Source of the DNA: an uncultured Verrucomicrobiota bacterium
Lineage (GTDB): Bacteria; Verrucomicrobiota; Kiritimatiellia; RFP12; UBA1067
Reading direction: 5' to 3'
Length of the DNA stretch: 64,000 bases
NCBI GenBank assembly: GCA_945834475.1
Contig: CAMAHK010000003.1
Span: forward strand, 900-64,899
Under the pieces are notes generated by a model. That model saw only the letters and a program-made list of their open reading frames with translations, was not told the origin of the DNA and did no database searches. Position 1 is the stretch's first letter, and every line of letters begins with the position of its first letter. Position numbers and translations under genes: made by a program. Positions 23,989 to 33,139 of this stretch are shown piece after piece.

Positions 23989-25776
23989 TCAAATCACAAT
24001 ATTGTCGAAGTCGGGGATCCGCGCACGCATCCAGTCGCGGCAGACGGCTTCGAGCTCGGCGGCCGTATGGTTGTCGCCGGCCGCCTCGACCGTGCGCCGA
24101 TAGTCGTCGAGATCCTCGCGCGTCAGTTTGGAGAAGATCTTGGACATGACGGGAATGTACGTCGCGGACATCGAGAGCACCGTCGCCCCCATCGCAGCCC
24201 AAAGTGTTCCGACGATCGGATCGGCCGCCGTCTCGCCGCAGACGCTGACGGGGATGCCGGCAGCCTTCGCGGCCTCGATGGCGCGTCGTACCAAATAGAT
24301 GACGGAAGGATGCGTCGGCTGGTAGAGATGGGCGACGGCATCGTTGACGCGGTCGGCCGCCATCACATACTGGATGAGGTCATTCGTGCCGAGCGAAATG
24401 AAATCAACGTGACGGGCAATGGCGGTCGCGGCGATTGCCGCGGCGGGGACCTCGATCATCGCACCGATCGGAATCTGCGGATCGAAAGGAACGCCCTCTT
24501 CCGTCAACTTGACCCGCACCTCGTCGAGAATCGCCGCCGCTGCGCGAAGTTCCTCGACGCAGGAGATCATCGGATAAAGAATACGGATCTTGCCGTAGGC
24601 CGACGCCCGAAGAATCGCGCGGAGCTGCGTGCGGAAGACGTCGGGGTGCGACAGGAGATAGCGGATCGAGCGGTTGCCGAGGAACGGGTTCGACTCAACC
24701 TGATGCGTGTCGTTCAGCTGCGAGATGCCCTTGACGATCTTGTCGCCGCCGATGTCGAGCACGCGGATCGTGACGGAAGCCGTCGGCGAGACTTCCTTCG
24801 CGAACTCGGCGACCGCGCGATAGGCCTCGAACTGCTGTTCTTCGGACGGCTCACCCTCTTCGTTCAGCCACAGGTACTCGCTTCGATAAAGCCCGATGCC
24901 ACGTGCGCCGAGATCGCGCACTTCCTTGAATGGCGCACCAGGATGAAGGTTGGCGTAGAGCAGGATCTCGCCGCCCGACTTGAGCGTGCCGGCGGGTGCG
25001 CCGAAGACGACTTCCTCCGAAAGTTCTTTCTGCCGCTCAATGAGGTCACGGAAATCGCGAATCGCCGTCGCCGTCGGGGCAATCGTCACCTCGCCGCCCG
25101 TGCCGTCCAGCAGGATCGTCTCGCCCGGCTCGACGCGCGAGGTGATGTCCCCGAGCCCCGCCACCGACGGAATGCCCATCGACCGCGCCAAGAGCGCGAC
25201 ATGGCTCGTCACCGAACCGCCGTTCGTCGCGAAACCAAGGACGAGTTCGCGCGGAATCTGGATCGTCTCGCCCGGCGTCAGGTCGTCCGCCACGATGATC
25301 GACGGCGTCTTCAGTTCCTGAAGCGGATTGACCGCAAAGCCGAGAAGGCACTTCAGGAGACGGCGCTCGACGTCGTCGAGGTCGCGCACGCGTTCGCGGA
25401 AATACGGGTCGTTCATCCGCTGGAACACGGAACGAGCAGAATCAAACGCCCGGCGGACGGCCGATTCGGCGTTGACGCGGTTCTCAAGGATCTGCTTTTC
25501 GACCTGACCGATGAGAACCGGGTCTTCCATGAGCATCTGATGACACTCAAAGACCTTCGACTCAGTCTGGCCGTTGCGCTCGTAGAGCGCGGAAATCAGG
25601 GTCTCAAGGTCGCGCTTCGCTTCGTAAAGCGCACGCTTGAACCGCAGGAGTTCGTCGCCGTCGCACCCAGGCTCGACGACATATTCGGGAATCGGGATCG
25701 CCCCGCTTCCGCGAAAGACGAAGACCGGGCCGACCGCGAAACCGCGGGCGGCGGCCAGTCCTCGGACCGTTTCCAT
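23989..25776 (-). CDS. ptsI: Phosphoenolpyruvate-protein phosphotransferase (PTS enzyme I)
   Basis: GGSVTSHVALLARSMGIP phosphohistidine region, and SLGTNDLIQY and CGE motifs in the PEP-utilising TIM barrel. I prefer the start at ATG 25776 (METVRGLAA). The track ORF starts at 25830, and 25794 is an alternative. Confidence 0.9.
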   Translation of the reverse strand: METVRGLAAARGFAVGPVFVFRGSGAIPIPEYVVEPGCDGDELLRFKRALYEAKRDLETLISALYERNGQTESKVFECHQMLMEDPVLIGQVEKQILENRVNAESAVRRAFDSARSVFQRMNDPYFRERVRDLDDVERRLLKCLLGFAVNPLQELKTPSIIVADDLTPGETIQIPRELVLGFATNGGSVTSHVALLARSMGIPSVAGLGDITSRVEPGETILLDGTGGEVTIAPTATAIRDFRDLIERQKELSEEVVFGAPAGTLKSGGEILLYANLHPGAPFKEVRDLGARGIGLYRSEYLWLNEEGEPSEEQQFEAYRAVAEFAKEVSPTASVTIRVLDIGGDKIVKGISQLNDTHQVESNPFLGNRSIRYLLSHPDVFRTQLRAILRASAYGKIRILYPMISCVEELRAAAAILDEVRVKLTEEGVPFDPQIPIGAMIEVPAAAIAATAIARHVDFISLGTNDLIQYVMAADRVNDAVAHLYQPTHPSVIYLVRRAIEAAKAAGIPVSVCGETAADPIVGTLWAAMGATVLSMSATYIPVMSKIFSKLTREDLDDYRRTVEAAGDNHTAAELEAVCRDWMRARIPDFDNIVI

Positions 25777-25783
25777 TGTACGG

Positions 25784-26068
25784 TTATTGCTCATCCGGGA
25801 TGTCGAACTTGCGCCCGACAAGAGCCTCAAGCTCGTCCAGAGCTTCCTTCGCCTGCGCCCCGGTCGCCGTCACCTTCAGCACCGTGCCGCACACGGCCTC
25901 CAGCGTCATGAGCGCCATGATTGACTTGCCCGAGACGACGTTGCCGTCCTTCTCAACGCTCACCTCGCAGTCGTAGCGACTCGCCAGCTTCGCAAAGAGG
26001 CCGGCCGGCCGCACGTGCATGCCGTACTTGTTGAGCAGCTTCATTTCCCGCGTCAGTTTCTCTGCCAT
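25784..26068 (-). CDS. ptsH: Phosphocarrier protein HPr
   Basis: 94 aa with GMHVRPA (His15 context) and GKSIMALM (Ser46 context). Confidence 0.9.
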   Translation of the reverse strand: MAEKLTREMKLLNKYGMHVRPAGLFAKLASRYDCEVSVEKDGNVVSGKSIMALMTLEAVCGTVLKVTATGAQAKEALDELEALVGRKFDIPDEQ

Positions 26069-26080
26069 GATTTTACTTCC

Positions 26081-27073
26081 TCACTTCTTGTTCGTATTCA
26101 AATTGCCTTGTTCCGCGCGCAGGCGCAGGTGCTCCGACAGCGCAAAGACGGGATCGATCCCCGACAGGATAAGCTTCTGCTGCAGGGCCGCCGTCTCCAC
26201 GAGATTGACGAGATCGCGCCCTTCCGAGACAGGAATGACGATATTCGGAACATCGACCCCGAGAATTGTCTTTGCGCGCCGCGTCTGCCCGATGCGGTCG
26301 ATTTCGCCGCGCACGTCGTGCAGACGCTTGAAGGTGATGATCAACTGCAGCCGCTTCTCGCCACGGACGGCGGAAATGCCGAAGAGACTCGGCACGTGCA
26401 TGATACCGATGCCGCGAATCTCCATATAGCCCTCGGTCGATTCGGACGCCGAACCAAAGAGGAGATTGTTGCCGACATCCTTGCGGATGCACGTGAGATC
26501 GTCGGCAATCAGCGCCGACCCATGCTTGATGAGACCGAGCGCCGTCTCGGACTTGCCAAGCCCCGGGTCGCCCTCGAACAGGACGCCGAGCCCGTAGACC
26601 TCGACCATCGTACCGTAGATCGTCGTCGTCGGTGCCGCGAGCTTCTCCAGCAGGAACGCGCTCTGGTTCGCGAAGACGCGCGTCTTGAGCGGTGACGTCA
26701 TGATCACGAGGTTACGCTCTTCGGCCAGGCGAACGATCGCCGCGTCGGGCTTCTGTCTGTTGGTAAAAATGTAGAAGAACGCCTTCCGGTCGGCCAACTC
26801 GCGAAAACGCGCGAGCCGCTCCTCCGGCGACAGCGACTTCAGGTACGCCATTTCGCCCTTGCCGATCAGCTGAATCCGCCCGGGTGCGAAATGTTCGTAG
26901 AAACCCGTGAGCGCCAGACCGGGCCGGTTCATGATCGGTTCCTCGATCTGACGCTCCAGATTCTTTCCGCCGGCAATGACAGAGAGAGACAACTTCTCGC
27001 GGCTGGCTTCCAGGAAGTCAGCCACGGAGAAGCGGTTCCCCTTCGCGCTGTTTTTCGACGGCAGGTTCTTCAC
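26081..27073 (-). CDS. hprK: HPr kinase/phosphorylase
   Basis: GVLFEGDPGLGKSETALGLI P-loop and IRGIGI motif. GTG start. Confidence 0.9.
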   Translation of the reverse strand: MKNLPSKNSAKGNRFSVADFLEASREKLSLSVIAGGKNLERQIEEPIMNRPGLALTGFYEHFAPGRIQLIGKGEMAYLKSLSPEERLARFRELADRKAFFYIFTNRQKPDAAIVRLAEERNLVIMTSPLKTRVFANQSAFLLEKLAAPTTTIYGTMVEVYGLGVLFEGDPGLGKSETALGLIKHGSALIADDLTCIRKDVGNNLLFGSASESTEGYMEIRGIGIMHVPSLFGISAVRGEKRLQLIITFKRLHDVRGEIDRIGQTRRAKTILGVDVPNIVIPVSEGRDLVNLVETAALQQKLILSGIDPVFALSEHLRLRAEQGNLNTNKK

Positions 27074-27090
27074 AACACGACCTCGTCGCC

Positions 27091-27426
27091 TCAGTTCTTG
27101 GCGGACGCCGCGCGCTGCTCGCGAACGGTTCCCTTGCGGGCCTTCACGCGCATCTTGAGGAGCTGACGCTCGGCGTGGGCCGCCGCACCGTCGATCACGC
27201 TCTTCGCGGACTCCGAGAACTGCTGCGCGCCGACGGCGACCTCGCCAAGGCGGTTGCAGACGACTTCGGCCATGTACATGTGCTTCTTGACGTCAATGTC
27301 GATGACGATCTGCGCCTTCGTCACCTTCGGAAACTTCGCCTTGAGCTGCGCCATGCGCTTCTCCGCGTATTCCTTCAAGGACTCAATGCGGACGTCGCTG
27401 TGCCGCATCGTAACTTCAATGCTCAT
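27091..27426 (-). CDS. hpf: Ribosome hibernation promoting factor (HPF/RaiA family, short form)
   Basis: 111 aa with the MSIEVTMRHSDV ... pattern of sigma54-modulation/S30AE proteins. AAGGAGAA SD. Confidence 0.85.
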   Translation of the reverse strand: MSIEVTMRHSDVRIESLKEYAEKRMAQLKAKFPKVTKAQIVIDIDVKKHMYMAEVVCNRLGEVAVGAQQFSESAKSVIDGAAAHAERQLLKMRVKARKGTVREQRAASAKN

Positions 27427-27450
27427 CTACTTTTCTCCTTTCGTTTTGTT

Positions 27451-28230
27451 TTACATTCTGAAATTCTCGCCGAGATACTTCTCGCGAACCTCGGGATCGT
27501 TGACCAATTCTTCGCTCGTGCCCTCGCGGAGGAGCTTCCCGTTGTAGACGAGATACGCGCGGTTCACGACCGACAGCGTCTCGCGCACGTTGTGGTCGGT
27601 AATGATGATGCCGAGACCCTGCGCCGCGAGCTTGCGGACGATGTCTTGAATCTCGTTGACGCTCAGCGGATCGACGCCCGCGAACGGCTCGTCGAGCATG
27701 AGGATCGCCGGATTGCGGACAAGAGCACGGGCGATCTCGAGCTTCCGGCGTTCGCCGCCCGAAAGCGTGTACGCCGGCTGTTTTGCAACCTTCATGAGAT
27801 CGAACGGCGCAAGCAGTTCCTCGGCACGCTGTTTGCGCTCCTTGCGCGACATCGGCAGCGTCTCAAGAATGGCCATCACGTTGTCCCAGACCGAGAGCTT
27901 GCGGAAGATCGACGGTTCCTGCGCGAGATATCCGAGGCCCTTGCGGGCGCGCTGATAGACCGGCAACTTCGTCACGTCCTCGCCACGGAACGTCACCGAG
28001 CCCGATTCGGGCTTCACCAAGCCGACAACCATGTAAAACGTCGTCGTCTTGCCGGCGCCGTTGGGGCCGAGAATGCCGACGATCTCGCCGCACGAACACT
28101 TCACGTTCATGCCGTTGACGACCGTGCGGTCGCCGTAGGCCTTTACCAGGCCCCGAGCCTCAAGGTCGGGCGCGGACACGCCCTTCTCCGCCGCCATCGC
28201 ATTCATCGCATCGATCACAGGATCTGTCAT
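27451..28230 (-). CDS. lptB: LPS export ABC transporter ATP-binding protein
   Basis: GPNGAGKTT Walker A, LSGGERRKLEIARAL signature and LMLDEPFAG Walker B. Synteny with kdsA and the lptA-like gene. Confidence 0.9.
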   Translation of the reverse strand: MTDPVIDAMNAMAAEKGVSAPDLEARGLVKAYGDRTVVNGMNVKCSCGEIVGILGPNGAGKTTTFYMVVGLVKPESGSVTFRGEDVTKLPVYQRARKGLGYLAQEPSIFRKLSVWDNVMAILETLPMSRKERKQRAEELLAPFDLMKVAKQPAYTLSGGERRKLEIARALVRNPAILMLDEPFAGVDPLSVNEIQDIVRKLAAQGLGIIITDHNVRETLSVVNRAYLVYNGKLLREGTSEELVNDPEVREKYLGENFRM

Positions 28231-29234
28231 AGTTTCTTCAATTCTCCTTTGCCCTGCGTCTTGATCGTCAACACGGAATCAACGACCTCGACCTGCTCTC
28301 CATCAAGCCAAATCTTGATGCAACGACCGTCGACCGCATTACCCGCCGCCTCCTCCAGATGCGCCCGGTCGCCGCCCGTCTTGCCGTACATCTCAATCTC
28401 GCCCGTCTTCCGGCGGAAGACCACGCGGTCGCAGGCACCACTGCGCACGTCGTTCGTCAGCGTGACGTTTCCGAACGCCACCAGCCGATTAAGGCCGTCG
28501 CCATCCAGGAAAGCATAGAGATTCTCACCTGTCATCTGGTAGTCGGGCACGTAGTCGACCTGCACGGCCCCCTCGAAGACGACCACGTTTTCAGCGCGGT
28601 CGAAGTCTCCCGCGCGTGACCGGATCTTGACCGACTCGCCCGCCGGCCGATGGGTCGGCAGGGATGTCTTGGCGACCGCCGTAGGCATCTTGCCCTCGAG
28701 CGCCGCGCCAGAGAGCATGTCGGCCGAGTCGATCTGCAGACGGCGGAAAGCCATCAGATACTGCTCGGGTGACGAAAAGAAGAGGTCTTCGCCGGTAAAG
28801 ACGGTCTTGCCGTGGCGGAACCGCGCCGCACCCTGCGCCCACCCGCTCTTCGTCGTGCGGTCGATGAGGCATTCCTTCGCATCGATGCGCGTCGTCTCGG
28901 AACCGTCCTCGGCATAGTTGAAGATCGACACGTCCGAACCGAGGACATAGCCCTCGTCGACGAAGACACACGCCTTCTTGGCCTCGATTTTGAGCTTGAC
29001 CGAACCGTCGGGATGCGTCTCGAGAGGAACGGCCGCATCTTCGGACGGCTGCGCGGCACGAGCCGTGAAATTCGTAAACGCCACCGCCAGACGATGCGCC
29101 TCTTCCTTCAGCACGGCTCGCTTCAGCGACCAGGCCTCAAGGTCGAACGACGTCGAAACACGGTCGGCCGCTTCGTCAGACGGAGCGGTGAAGGCTAGCG
29201 CGGCCAAGACGAGACTGTTAACGAACAATGCCAT
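28227..29234 (-). CDS. Periplasmic OstA/LptA-family LPS-transport protein (putative)
   Basis: Internal ATG at 29234 gives MALFVNSLVLAALAFTA (signal). The sequence is beta-rich. ATGA overlap with lptB. Position between kdsA and lptB supports the call. Confidence 0.5.
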   Translation of the reverse strand: MALFVNSLVLAALAFTAPSDEAADRVSTSFDLEAWSLKRAVLKEEAHRLAVAFTNFTARAAQPSEDAAVPLETHPDGSVKLKIEAKKACVFVDEGYVLGSDVSIFNYAEDGSETTRIDAKECLIDRTTKSGWAQGAARFRHGKTVFTGEDLFFSSPEQYLMAFRRLQIDSADMLSGAALEGKMPTAVAKTSLPTHRPAGESVKIRSRAGDFDRAENVVVFEGAVQVDYVPDYQMTGENLYAFLDGDGLNRLVAFGNVTLTNDVRSGACDRVVFRRKTGEIEMYGKTGGDRAHLEEAAGNAVDGRCIKIWLDGEQVEVVDSVLTIKTQGKGELKKL

Positions 29235-30036
29235 TGATTTGAACGAGGGTCTTCCAAAGTTTCTCGACTTCGGCAAACTTGATTGCGTTCGCGGCGTCCG
29301 ACTTCGCAACGGCTGGATTCACGTGCGTCTCCATGAAGACGCCGTCGACCGAGCCCGTCGCCACGGCCGCACGCGCAATGAGCGGCGCGTACTTGCCATC
29401 GCCGCCCGAACCCGTACCAAGACCGCCTGGACGCTGCACCGCATGCGTGACATCCATCACGACCGGATAGCCAAGCTCGCGCATGATCGGCAGCGAACGC
29501 ATGTCGACGACGAGATTGCGATAACCGAACGACGTGCCGCGATCACAGAGGACGATTCGCCTGTTGCCGGTCGACTCGATCTTCTTCACAACCTGCGCCA
29601 TGTCCTCCGGCGCCATGAACTGGCCCTTCTTCACGTTGATCACCGCGCCCGTCTCGCCCGCCGCAACGACGAGGTCGGTCTGGCGCGCGAGAAACGCGGG
29701 AATCTGCAGAACGTCGCACACTTCCGCGACCGGCTTCGCCTGCCAGGGTTCGTGAATGTCGGTGAGGACGGGCACATCGAACGTCGCGCGGATCTCGGCG
29801 AGGATCTCAAGCCCCTTCTCCAGACCGGGCCCGCGAAAGGAATCGACGCTCGTGCGATTCGCCTTGTCGAAGCTCGCCTTGAAAATGTAGGGAACCTTCA
29901 GCTTTTTCGAAAGTGCCGTCAGCCTCTTCGCGAGATCAAGCGCCATCTCGCGGGACTCAATGACGCAAGGCCCCGCGATAAAAACGAGGTCCTTGCGTCC
30001 AAACGAAACACCTTTGTCAACGAGTACATCCTTCAT
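29218..30036 (-). CDS. kdsA: 2-dehydro-3-deoxyphosphooctonate aldolase (KDO-8-P synthase)
   Basis: 272 aa with FIAGPCVIES, FKASFDKANRTS and VTHAVQ motifs. Confidence 0.93.
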   Translation of the reverse strand: MKDVLVDKGVSFGRKDLVFIAGPCVIESREMALDLAKRLTALSKKLKVPYIFKASFDKANRTSVDSFRGPGLEKGLEILAEIRATFDVPVLTDIHEPWQAKPVAEVCDVLQIPAFLARQTDLVVAAGETGAVINVKKGQFMAPEDMAQVVKKIESTGNRRIVLCDRGTSFGYRNLVVDMRSLPIMRELGYPVVMDVTHAVQRPGGLGTGSGGDGKYAPLIARAAVATGSVDGVFMETHVNPAVAKSDAANAIKFAEVEKLWKTLVQINGIVR

Positions 30037-30043
30037 GGTGAAG

Positions 30044-30052
30044 ATTATACCA
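30044..30052 (-). promoter_or_regulatory. Extended -10 box TGGTATAAT, 7 nt upstream of the kdsA ATG
   Basis: The minus strand reads TGGTATAATCTTCACC-ATG with no SD. Confidence 0.55.
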
Positions 30053-30084
30053 AAAAGACATGCCGATATGAAAGGTGCAAGATT

Positions 30085-31086
30085 CTATGTCGTAATAGGC
30101 GACAGCGTGACGATCGTGCGCCCGGACGCGACACCGATCGTCAGATCGATGCCCAGGCGACGCGCCCGGGCTTTCATACCCTCGAGACCGAAATGGCCTT
30201 CCGAAGGTCCTGGTGCCGTTTCCGGCTCGTAGGGCTTACCGTCGTTCGAGATGCGCAACTTCCAGCCCTTCTTGCCAACGGGATCAGCGACGATCGCGAT
30301 TTTGTGCGCCCCGCCGTGCTTGATCGCATTGCCGACGGCTTCGCGGATGATCAGCGAGAGGTCGCGCATGGCGGACGCCTCCAGACGCTCGGGCAAGCCC
30401 GTAAGCCGCGTCTCAACACGGCAGACACCCTTCTTCGTCTCGGCCTTTGCGTAGTTGTGAATCATCTCGCTCGGCGTCAGTCGCATCATGTCGTCGTTTT
30501 TGAGGCCCCAGACGATGTCACGCATCTCGCGCTTCGCACGGACGAGAATCTCCCGCGCCTCGTTCGTCTTGCCGATTTGCAGGAGCATTCCAGCCCCGAC
30601 GAGATGCTGTTCGATCGTATCATGCAGGTCGTCCGCCATGCGCTTGCGCTCGGTCATCAACGTGCGTGTCTTGAGCTGCCGACGGGAAATGAACGAGAGA
30701 TAGATGACGAGCAGCAGAACGAGAACGCCCAGCGTGAACGGGTTGAGGAAGAACCGTCCGTCGGGACGGAATACAAGATCCTTCACCGACCTTGGACGAA
30801 TTCGCAGGCCGACGACACCCTCTTTCTGTCCCGACGCCGTCGAACCGTAAACCTGCTCCAGCGTTCCCGTCACCTCCACGAGCGGCTGAGTGATCGAGCA
30901 GGCCTTCAGATAGACGGGACGCTCCTCGACGATGACGGTGAGCGGCACGTCGTCAACTTTGATCGCAAAACCTGACTCCGTAAAGCCGATCGCCCGTCCT
31001 TCGACCGTGATCGCCTGTCCGTCGAAATCGCCCTCCATCAGTTCCACGCCCGACACCAACGCAGCCAAGACAATTCCAAGAATCAT
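30085..31086 (-). CDS. Sensor histidine kinase, HisKA_3 (NarX/DegS-type)
   Basis: I prefer the ATG at 31086 (MILGIVLAALV), which gives an ATGA overlap with the upstream kinase. H-box is ADDLHDTIEQHL. The ATPase has REAVGNAIKHGGA ... DGKP ... GLEGM. Confidence 0.8.
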   Translation of the reverse strand: MILGIVLAALVSGVELMEGDFDGQAITVEGRAIGFTESGFAIKVDDVPLTVIVEERPVYLKACSITQPLVEVTGTLEQVYGSTASGQKEGVVGLRIRPRSVKDLVFRPDGRFFLNPFTLGVLVLLLVIYLSFISRRQLKTRTLMTERKRMADDLHDTIEQHLVGAGMLLQIGKTNEAREILVRAKREMRDIVWGLKNDDMMRLTPSEMIHNYAKAETKKGVCRVETRLTGLPERLEASAMRDLSLIIREAVGNAIKHGGAHKIAIVADPVGKKGWKLRISNDGKPYEPETAPGPSEGHFGLEGMKARARRLGIDLTIGVASGRTIVTLSPITT

Positions 31087-32168
31087 ACAGACCTCCGCAA
31101 CGTCAACGTGAACACACAACCCTTCGGCTCATTCGCCGCAACCGTCAGATCGCCACCCATCAAGCGGGCAAAGCTCCGCGCATTCGCCAAACCGATGCCA
31201 AAACCGCCCTTGCCGCTCTGCGAGGTGCGCTTTGCACGGTAGTAGCGGCGGAAGATCTTCCGTCGTTCGCCAGCCGTCAACCCCGGCCCCTCATCGACAA
31301 AACTGACGCGCACACAAGTCCGATCGGACGCAAAACGGACGCGCACGAGTCCGTACGGCGCGGCGTACTTCATTTCGTTCGCGAGTAGATTCCAAAGGAT
31401 CTGGACGGTTTTCGTGCGGTCGGCCAAGACCTCCAAACGTTCAGGACATTCGACCGCCACGTCCTTGCCGTCGAAAAGGAATCGGAAGTCCTCCTTGAAC
31501 AGCGCGTAAGCCTCTTCATAAGCCGCGCGCAAGTCAAAGGCCTCTGTCTGCAGGCGATGTCGACGCCCATCCACAAGCGTGAGGGAATCCGTCAGATTCT
31601 TGACGAGCCGCATCATCCGTTCGGAAACGCGCACCGCCTCCCCGGGTTCGCGACGAATGAGTCGACGCAGCGCCACAAGAGGCGTCGTCAGATCGTGGGC
31701 GGTCGCAGCAATAAAGTCGTCGCGTTCCTTCACCGACCTGTAAAAGAGCCAACAGCCTGCGATCGTCACGCACCAGAAAACCACCAGTGCAATGCCGAGC
31801 GTCGGTAGGATGAGCGAACTGAACGGCAGACGATCAGGATGCGGCACATCAACGACCTGCATCCGCTTGTTGTTCAGATACCAGACTGTGATTCGGTCAT
31901 CATATTCGACATACCCCCAACGTCCCTTTCCGATAGAGTAGGCGTTCTTCCAGCCTTCGGGACGCTCGGGACGCTGTCTTCCAACGCCCTTTTCAGGGTG
32001 ATCCCGCAAATCCTCAACAGCCTCTCGGCATTCCGCCTTGAGTTGCGCCTGTTCACGCTCCTCGTAAATCGGCAAAAGCCGACGACAGGCCCGAACAGAC
32101 AGATACGTCGCCAGCAGCGCCGGCAAGCAAATGCAGTAGATTCCGCCAATGATCCGCCTGTCGATCAT
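31083..32168 (-). CDS. Sensor histidine kinase, HisKA/HATPase_c (classical type)
   Basis: H-box is FIAATAHDLTTPL. It also has NLLANEMKY, DEGPGL and GGFGIGL boxes and two predicted TM segments. Confidence 0.85.
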   Translation of the reverse strand: MIDRRIIGGIYCICLPALLATYLSVRACRRLLPIYEEREQAQLKAECREAVEDLRDHPEKGVGRQRPERPEGWKNAYSIGKGRWGYVEYDDRITVWYLNNKRMQVVDVPHPDRLPFSSLILPTLGIALVVFWCVTIAGCWLFYRSVKERDDFIAATAHDLTTPLVALRRLIRREPGEAVRVSERMMRLVKNLTDSLTLVDGRRHRLQTEAFDLRAAYEEAYALFKEDFRFLFDGKDVAVECPERLEVLADRTKTVQILWNLLANEMKYAAPYGLVRVRFASDRTCVRVSFVDEGPGLTAGERRKIFRRYYRAKRTSQSGKGGFGIGLANARSFARLMGGDLTVAANEPKGCVFTLTLRRSV

Positions 32169-33139
32169 AACCCCATCAGCTTTTTCGCCGCCGCAAATTG
32201 CGCGGACAGATCGACCTTGCGCGATCCGTCGACATAGCCGTCAGCGCGCAAGTTCTCGACGAAGCGACGAAACTTGTGCGAACCCGGATTCAAGTTGTCG
32301 AGCGCCACAACCTCGGCCGAACCAAAGGTACAGGCCTCCGAGAGCATCCCCGTCGACTCGGCCGTCACGTAAAGCCGCTTCGCGAGTTTCACGAACGCCG
32401 GAATCGGATTGAAATGATCCTTCGAATAGAGAAGCTTGTAGTCCCACGGATACGAGTCGATCAGCGCCTCGATCTCCGGCGGCGTCCGGCGCGAGGTTGT
32501 GACACAACGGAGAATTGGCGAATTGCCGAATTGGCGAATTGCCGAATCGGCGAAGATTGCATCCAATTCGCGTTTCATCCAGTCGACGGACATCGTCGAG
32601 CACTTATTGGGGCCGCCGACGATCACGGCGACGAGCGGACGCGCCGCGACCTGGTCGGCGGTGAAGCCGCTGTGGTTGTAGAACGCCGCGACGCCCTTCT
32701 CGTAGAACGCCGCATCGGCCGCGACGAGGTTCGCCGGAATCTCGATCACGTTCGGCGCCGCCGCGGGACGGTCGAACGCCGGCGCGAGCACGCAGTCGAA
32801 CGACGCGATGTCATACCCGCGCGGATAGAGAACGGCGCCGCACGTGACGCCCAGCTTCTTCGCCAGCGCCTTCGCGGCATAGAAGGTTCCCGACCCGGTG
32901 CCGATCACGGCGACAAACGCCGTACTGCGGCGCGTCTCGCCCGCGACGCTCTCCCACCCCCTCACCAGACCAAGCGCCCTAATGCCCAGGCGGTCGCACG
33001 CATACGAGAGCGCCTTGTGGAACTTGGACTTGAACTGCACGGGAACGATCTCGAACTCACAACCAAGCGCACGGGCAAAGGCCTTGGACTGGTTTTCGTG
33101 TCCGGCCTTGCCGTCAGTCAGAATCAGAACCTTAGACAT
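32165..33139 (-). CDS. ELM1/DUF1022-family protein (putative glycosyltransferase-like)
   Basis: I prefer the ATG at 33139 (MSKVLILTDGKAGHENQSKAFARALG). The track start is 33157. It contains the octamer-repeat insertion at 32511-32560. The family call is from memory. Confidence 0.65.
   Translation of the reverse strand: MSKVLILTDGKAGHENQSKAFARALGCEFEIVPVQFKSKFHKALSYACDRLGIRALGLVRGWESVAGETRRSTAFVAVIGTGSGTFYAAKALAKKLGVTCGAVLYPRGYDIASFDCVLAPAFDRPAAAPNVIEIPANLVAADAAFYEKGVAAFYNHSGFTADQVAARPLVAVIVGGPNKCSTMSVDWMKRELDAIFADSAIRQFGNSPILRCVTTSRRTPPEIEALIDSYPWDYKLLYSKDHFNPIPAFVKLAKRLYVTAESTGMLSEACTFGSAEVVALDNLNPGSHKFRRFVENLRADGYVDGSRKVDLSAQFAAAKKLMGL
32511..32560. repeat. Octamer tandem array (AATTGGCG/AATTGCCG)n (in the ELM1-like gene)
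   Basis: AGAATTGGCGAATTGCCGAATTGGCGAATTGCCGAATCGGCGAAGATTGC with 8-nt periodicity. It is translated as IFADSAIRQFGNSPILR. Confidence 0.85.

Noticed and set aside
23989-25776. Calling the enzyme I gene ptsP (the nitrogen-PTS EI with a GAF domain).
   Set aside because: The ORF is of ordinary EI length, with no N-terminal GAF-like extension. It sits directly downstream of ptsH.
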